Shown here in pieces: positions 57,718 to 64,000 of a DNA stretch of 64,000 bases. Made by a program: the position numbers and the translations under genes. The stretch covers positions 1 through 64,000 of the forward strand of contig NIVC01003324.1 in assembly GCA_002269645.1 (NCBI GenBank), read 5' to 3'. Within the stretch, counting starts at the first letter, position 1. Each line of letters starts with the position of its first letter. Under the pieces are notes generated by a model. That model was not told the origin of the DNA. It worked only from the letters and a program-made list of their open reading frames with translations, and made no database searches. This DNA comes from Macrostomum lignano (Eukaryota).

Positions 57718-59823
57718 TCACACAGACGACCTCTGGCCACTGAACAAGCCCCTGATGAAGAGAGTGGTTCCGCCAAAGGAAACAGACATCAGAGAGATGT
57801 AGAGCACCGCTTTCCACATCACGTAGCCATGAGTGGCTTGCATAAGCAAGAAGTCTCTGGCCGATAGCGGATTGGTTCGCATTTCAGCAAGCGCTTGGCC
57901 CAGATTCAGCTCTAGGTTCACGACTGAGTTCTGCAATTTATTTATTGATTTATTGATTGATTTTTGCATGCCTGATTTACATGCCTGTTGTAGGAATCAT
58001 GCAACCGTGACATGAAAGCATGAGAAACAAAGACTGAAGGTTGGTAGATGAAATATCACATATTAATATCAATATATTGGTCAGGTCAATGAGAAACACG
58101 AGTGCATTATGAAAAGTGCTGTTTGGATATGATTTTGCAGAAAATAAATGTATAACTGTAACTGTATAAATGTATAAATGTATAAGAACTTGTACGTGGT
58201 TGTAGCCCAGTGGTTAGAGCGTCGGACTCACAACTTGAAGGTCGGGGGTTCGATTCCCGATCCCACTGCATGGAAAAATTTGTATCCTTGAGCAAGACAC
58301 TTAACTCTGCATTGTCTCAGTTCACCCAGCTGTAAACTGGGTAATCAGCATTAGCTGGGGTAAATGAGGGTGTGTGTGGCGACCCCCCTCCCCAGTCCTT
58401 GGACTGAACAGCCGTACGCAGCCTTCAGATGCGCTGCGCAATAGCTGCTGCGGCTGAGCTGTCGGTTGCACATCTGGCCCAATTATGGCAGGTGTAATAA
58501 AAAATCTTTGCAAGAACCAAAGAGCTCAAAAGTTTCAATTGATCTCACCTCAACTTCCATAGTGACATTGTTCTTAATAGCCAACTCTTTCAGCGCTTTT
58601 TCAAACGACGAAGGTAAGTAGTGATACGACGAATATGAGATGATCTTACTTCTGACCGGGTTGTAGATGCACACTTCGTAGGCATCTGCGGAATAGAATA
58701 GGAACTTAAACAGGCTGAATACGCTTAATATACTACTACCACCCAGTTGCAAACTGACTCACCATTTTCCGTGACGTTGAACTGATGCGACACGCTAGTT
58801 TGATAGACATAGTCCTTCACGTGCTCCCCGTCACCGTTGGAGATAAATATGTCGAATACGTCAGATGGTTGGTTTGATGACACCGTCTGAGAATGATTAA
58901 TGGTTTGGTGAAAGATTACCAGCTCATGTGAGTTCCGAGCTAAGTTTTCATCCTTCACTACTGAGGCATGACCTTGAATAAATGCTTTTTAAAGCTGATA
59001 AAAGCTGATAAAAGCTTGCCAACATTATTTAATGGGCTGGTTTTTAGCCGAGTTTTGTGGTTGGCTTGTGGCCGAGTCTTAGGGTTGGTTTATGGCCGAG
59101 TCTTGGTGTTGGTTTATGGCCGAGTCTTAGGGTTGGTTTATGGCCGAGTCTTAGGGTTGGTTTATGGCCGAGTATTGGGGTTGGTTTATGGCCGAGTTTT
59201 GGGGTTGGTTTATGGCCGAGTCTTGGGGTTGGTTTATAGTTGACGGCCGAGTCTTGGTGTTGGTTTATGACCGAGTCTTTGGGTTGGTTTACGAGCTATG
59301 GCGGAGTCTTTGGGTTGGTTTACGAGCTATGGCCGAGTCTTTAGGTTGGTTTACGAGCTATGGCCGAGCCTTTGGGTTGGTTTACGAGCTATGGCCGAGT
59401 CTTTAGGTTGGTTTGTCGCCAAGTCTTGGGATTGTTTTTAAGCGCACCAGAACAAATGCTACAGAAGGTGAGTTGGCTAGCACGGGTTCGAGTCCCATAA
59501 GGTGCAGTGGACAGCTTTTATTTTAATCTTACCGTGGCGTAGAAGTGCAGCTGGTACCCAGCCAGAAGTACATAGTAAAAGCACTCCTTGGCACCTTCAC
59601 CTATTCTCAGTTTGAACACTGACGAGTGCATTCTGATAGCCGACTCAAATTGATGCAGCGGGCCTTCATAGCTGGTCTCAGGGCGGCGCGTCCGCAGCCA
59701 GACGGTCGGACTTGACGGGCGCCTCGGATCCGGCTTGAGTTCGATCGTGGAGCCTCGCATCGGCTTGGGAACAGTTGCCAGGCAACCGAGTGCTAGGAGT
59801 AGAAGCTGCGTTAAGAAAGTCAT
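57718..59823 (-). CDS. p24/TMED-family (GOLD domain) protein, copy B; complement(join(57718..57984,58549..58685,58763..58886,59533..59823)), about 272 aa
   Basis: Signal peptide MTFLTQLLLLALGCLA; GEGAKECFYYVLLAG; DAYEVCIYN; TM (WKAVLYISLMSVSFGGTTLFI); tail RGLFSGQRSSV. Same intron phases (0,1,0) and same 137-nt exon 3 as copy A. Confidence 0.78.
58198..58472 (+). mobile_element. tRNA-derived SINE, second copy (TMED-B intron 3)
   Basis: GGTTGTAGCCCAGTGGTTAGAGCGTCGGACTCACAACTTGAAGGTCGGGGGTTCGATTCCC head; ccttgagcaagacacttaac...cacccagctgtaaactgggta body; the acceptor stem does not pair, so this is not a tRNA gene. Confidence 0.85.
59045..59420. repeat. 24-bp minisatellite (ttggtttatggccgagtcttaggg) in TMED-B intron 1
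   Basis: Same unit as the PFKFB intron 4 array. Confidence 0.93.
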
Positions 59824-60329
59824 GACTGCTCGAAATGGAATTGGATAGGAATCGAAGCGAGAGCACTCGAAATTAACTGTTGGTAATGCCCTCTGCATTG
59901 CTGCATTATTCAGTATAAAACTGACTGGCTGTGGCCCCCCTTCTCCCCACCAGGCCCTCGGATCCCCGGGGTGTACATGTACACTCGGTGATAAGAAACT
60001 ACAATTCGCTACATTCAAACACGCGCGTGCATTTTGATATTGTTCAATAATAATCCGACTGGCTCTGTTGCTTTTGTGTATTTCTACAAATTTTCGAAAA
60101 GACCATATATACAAATCCAAAAGGCTTATCTGGCATTCGTCGTTTAAAAATGCGAATACTTTGTAAAGCCTTTAAGACTGCGGAATGCTACACGCATTGG
60201 GAAGAGTTTTTATTGGGAATCGATTTTTAAAAAATACGATAGTTAGTTTAACTTGGACTAAAATTGAGCAATTGAGCAAATCGTTTTCCAACAATATTAT
60301 TTGTAGGAGTGTTGGCTGTCTTACGTTGC

Positions 60330-60800
60330 ATACCCCAAGTATCTGATCCCTATTCTCTAATCCTAATCTCTTACCCCAAGTATCTGATCCCTATTCTCTA
60401 ATCCTAATCTCTAACCCCAAGTATCTGATCCCTATTCTCTAATCCTAATCTCTAACCCCAAGTATCTGATCCCTATTCTCTAATCCTAATCTCTAACCCC
60501 AAGTATCTGATCCCTATTCTCTAATCCTAATCTCTTACCCCAAGTATCTGATCCCTATTCTCTAATCCTAATCTCTAATCCCTGATCTCTAATCCCTCAT
60601 CTCGAATCCCTAATCTCTAATCTCTAATCTCTAATCTCTAAGCCTAATCTCCAATCCCTAATCCCTAATCTCTAATCTCTAATCTCTAATCCCTTATCTC
60701 TAATCTCTAATCTCCAATTTCTAGTCCCTAATTTACTCGTAAAATCTCCAATCTCCTGATTCTCATTCATAATCACTGATTAATCTCTAATCACTAATCC
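60330..60800. repeat. 41-bp tandem repeat (ccccaagtatctgatccctattctctaatcctaatctctaa) grading into (ATCTCTA)n
   Basis: Direct reading. Confidence 0.9.
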
Positions 60801-61489
60801 TCAGTCTTAATCCCTTAACTTTCCTCTGGATACATGCAACTGGACTGGAAGAAGGCCCGCAGGGTAAAGGACCTTTGGATAACTTGGACTGGCATCGGAG
60901 CCATTGTTCAGGGACCTCTAAAAATGTCATAAAAGCAGATTAAACTGTTTTTGTGCTTGCCGCAATAGAGTTGAAGCAAATGAATATTTAGGAAATTTTG
61001 TCGCGCCTTCCAATCCAGATGTCTAGATCTGTTTGAGCACCGCGACCAGCGCCGACCGACATAAAATAGGTTTACCGACCGAATGAATAGGGACAGAAAC
61101 GAAAGTCAGGACAGCGCCTCAGCCAGCCCTATCTCTCCTTTCCTCAATTCCACCCCCCCCCCAACTTGGCCTTCCATACTCGTATGCTAGAAGAAGTCAA
61201 TCAAATTGATTATCCTGGAGCAGGGAAGGGCAGGGCGCTAATTTGAAAGAGAAGAAACTCCACACAAGTGGAGAGAGAGAGGCTGAGCCAGGGAGGTCGA
61301 CAACCAGAGCCTTGGAGCGACAGGTCTTCCCCCCTCCCGAACCCCGCATTTGCAGACAACTTAATTTAGGCTGGATTGCAGCTGCTCAGCCTCACGATTC
61401 TGCTCATTCCGCTGACTCCTATGCTTGCTTTAAATGCAAAGAGGTTTTTCAAGCGGAGAGTTTCTTAAACATGAGCTGCTAGACAAATC

Positions 61490-61700
61490 CGATGTCTATG
61501 GCCAAATCTGATTTATATGGCCAAATCTGATTTATATGGCCAAATCTGATGTCTATGGCAAAATCTGATGTCTATGGCAAAATCTGATGTCTATGGCCAA
61601 ATCTGATGTCTATGGCCAAATCTGTGGTCTATGACCAAATCTGATGTCTATGGCCAAATCTGATGTCTATGACCAAATCTGTTGTCTATGGCCAAAACCC
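61490..61700. repeat. 19-bp minisatellite (ggccaaatctgatgtctat)
   Basis: Direct reading. Confidence 0.9.
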
Positions 61701-62379
61701 CCAGTTAGCGTTCGTTAGCGTCTAGAGAAGTCGACATGCAGGAGTTTGTAAATTTGGAGGCTCTAAGGAATCGAGATGTTAACTCCAAGTTGTGCTATCA
61801 GAACTCCCTGGCTGGGGGCAACAAGTGGGCCAATCAAAAATTTCCAGCTTATAGTTAGCTATATAGGCCTGGGGAAGTTGAGATGTGGCTTTTGGAAGGG
61901 GCTGGGAAAATAGGGATTAGGAGATGGGGTCGCCGGGTGAACCACCAGTTAGACTGCTGGAGGTCCGGGTGAACTTGAGGAGTGAGAGAGAGGGAAACGG
62001 AGACAGTACAGAGAAATTCACTGCTCAAAAGAGCCGACAGCACAGATATTTTAGACTGAATAGAATAACCAACAATCAGCTTTACTAAACAGGTAGGTTT
62101 CAAGTTTTTAATTTGAATATTTTGAAACTTTTATTAAAAAATCTTTAATACTCAATTTCTTAATTCCAAACTTTAATCCTAATCCAAAAATCTGCATGAC
62201 TAATACTTTATTAATATTCAGACCGCAATCTCTAAAATTTCACTTCAAAACGTAGATACCAAATTTCAAATTCATAATTTCGTATCTTTTGTATTTTCTA
62301 ATCAAAATTTTTTACGCAATAGTATCTATTCCCTAGCTATTTCTTATCCATAATTATTGATCCATAGCCTATAGTCTCG

Positions 62380-62790
62380 AATCTTCAATCTCTAATATCG
62401 AATATCTAATCCCTATTCTCTAATAGCCAATCTCTAATATCCAATCTCTAATATCCCTATTCTCAAATCTCTAATCCCAAATCACCAGTCCCTAATATCT
62501 AATCTTCAATATCTATTCTATAATATCTATTCTCCAGTCTCAAATCTCAAATCTCAAATCTCAAATATCTAATCTCTGATCTCTAATCTATATTATGTAA
62601 TCCCTAATCTCTAATCCCAAATCACTAATCATCAGTCTCTAATATCTAATATCTGATATCGAATCTCCAATCTCTGATCTCTAATCTCTAGTATCTAATT
62701 TCTAATCTCTAATCTCTAATCTCTAATCTCTAATATCTAATATCTAATCTCTAATCCCTAATCTCTAATCCTGAATCCCAAATCCCTGAA
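62380..62790. repeat. Degenerate (ATCTCTA)n heptamer tract
   Basis: Direct reading; runs up to a probable acceptor at 62798. Confidence 0.85.
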
Positions 62791-62814
62791 TCTCACAGAC
62801 GGTACAGGCAGTTC

Positions 62815-63269
62815 ATGGCAGCCACAAAGCTTGCATCAACTGCCCTGCTGTCCACGGCCCTGTCTCTGGCCACAGCCAGCCTGTTATCAGGAGCCTGGCG
62901 CCTGGCACTAGCCGGCAACAGCGGGCACTCCGTCAGCTTCGGCATCTCGGCGGATTACGAGGGCTACTGGGCAGGTGAGCAAATTTTCAGAGAGTTACCC
63001 AATCGATCCTAGCTCGTAAAAAACCAAGGGGAAATTATTGGGGACAATTGAAACAGGAAAAAATCCCCAAAACACGCTATCGATTTCAGTAATCCGATTA
63101 ATCCGCTACTTGGCCGGCCTTGGCAACGTGCTCAGCTGTTTTGCCCTGCTCTGCTCACTGGCTGCGCATTCCAGCCGACTCGAACAGCTCGCCGCCGCCT
63201 GCTGCTGCTGCTGCGGTAACGGTGGCGGTGGCCTTCAAATGTCGAAGTTTCTCTTCGCTTCGCTCGCTG
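62815..63269 (+). CDS. Two exons (62815..62974, 63090..63269) of a probable multi-pass membrane protein (claudin/PMP22-like topology); incomplete
   Basis: Hydrophobic segments ASTALLSTALSLATASLLSGAW and YLAGLGNVLSCFALLCSLAA; a phase-1 GT-AG intron joins them in frame; the next donor at 63270 leads into a repeat-filled intron running off the window. Confidence 0.5.
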
Positions 63270-63409
63270 GTGAGGCTCCAAAAAAATCTTTCGCAATAAT
63301 ATGCGATTTTCTTTTTCATTTTTGTTCGTAAATACTACTAACTAGTAGCGCGTAGTAAGTGTGCACGAGAATTGGTTAGGCGGGTTGTAATGCGATTCGC
63401 AGCCATAAC

Positions 63410-63483
63410 GACCAGCCCCCAAGGCACAGAAAGTGCACGTGCCTGACGATTAGCATGGCAGGGCCGCTGTGCACCTGTGTGAG
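63410..63483 (+). other. Dispersed ~80-nt repeat core, copy 6
   Basis: gaccagcccccaaggcacagaaagtgcacgtgcctgacgattagcatggcagggccgctgtgcacctgtgtgag. Confidence 0.78.
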
Positions 63484-63489
63484 CTCCAC

Positions 63490-64000
63490 AGTAAATTCCC
63501 CAAATCCCCCAGTAAATTCCCCAAATCCCCCAGTAAATTCCCCAAATCCCCCAGTAAATTCCCAAAATCCCCCAGTAAATTCCCAAAATCCCCCAGTAAA
63601 TTCCCAAAATTCCCCAGTAAATTCCCAAATTGCCCCCGTAAAATCCCCAGATTTCCCACTCGAGTAAATTCCCCAGATTCCTCACAGTAAATTCCACAGA
63701 TTTTCCCCAGTAAACTTCTCAGATTCCCCCCCCCCCAATAAATTCCCCAGATTCCCCACTCGGTTAAATTCCACAAATTCTCCACAGTAAATTCCCCAGA
63801 TTCCCTACAGTAAATTCCAAATATTCCCCACAGTAAATTCCCCAGATTCCCCACAGTAAATTCCCCAGATTCCCCACAGTAAATTCCCAAAATTCCCCAC
63901 AGTAAACTCCCCAGATTCCCCACAGTAAATTCCCCAGATTCCCCACAGTAAATTCCCCAAATTCCCCACAGTAAATTCCCCAGATTCCCCACAGTAAATT
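63490..64000. repeat. 21-23-bp minisatellite (gtaaattccccagattccccaca), truncated by the window end
   Basis: Direct reading. Confidence 0.93.

Noticed and set aside
58198-58270. tRNA gene candidates at 58198-58270 (+) and 43010-43081 (-)
   Set aside because: A and B boxes are present but acceptor and anticodon stems do not pair, and both continue into a shared ~200-bp body, so they are SINE heads.
59470-59505. B-box-like GGGTTCGAGTCCC
   Set aside because: No A box or cloverleaf could be built; an isolated motif in an intron.
63410-63483. Hammerhead ribozyme reading of the dispersed element (CUGACGA...GAAA)
   Set aside because: No NUH triplet can be placed next to stem I, stem II is absent, and GAAA is missing in some copies.

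Overview
This is eukaryotic (metazoan) genomic DNA: GC-rich spliced exons separated by introns and spacers filled with mini- and microsatellites. That architecture resembles what is described for the flatworm Macrostomum lignano, but the species is an inference. Well-supported genes, reconstructed by hand from GT-AG junctions with consistent phase: an intronless, frameshifted DEG/ENaC channel (7.8-9.7 kb, -); a 2-exon RA-domain (N-RASSF-like) gene (17.3-19.0 kb, +); an intronless, frameshifted PAN/apple + C-type lectin (26.4-27.2 kb, +); PFKFB (7 coding exons, -, with a probable second first exon at 39.4 kb); mitochondrial-type acetyl-CoA synthetase ACSS1 (7 exons, +, head-to-head with PFKFB); a CtIP/Sae2-like gene (3 exons, +); two tandem divergent p24/TMED genes (4 exons each, -); and two exons of a probable multi-pass membrane protein near the right edge. 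Mobile DNA: a solo LTR with a 4-bp TSD inside a minisatellite, two copies of a tRNA-derived SINE, a mariner transposase relic and several MITE-like elements. Most long ORFs in the supplied track are tandem-repeat artefacts. The most unusual observations are (1) a dispersed ~80-nt element in six same-strand copies with a nested-stem fold and a compensatory base change, (2) a DEG/ENaC lacking both the HG and GxS motifs, (3) the shared PFKFB/ACSS1 promoter region, (4) altered CtIP phosphosites and (5) a near one-intron-one-minisatellite architecture. No database searches or folding programs were run.
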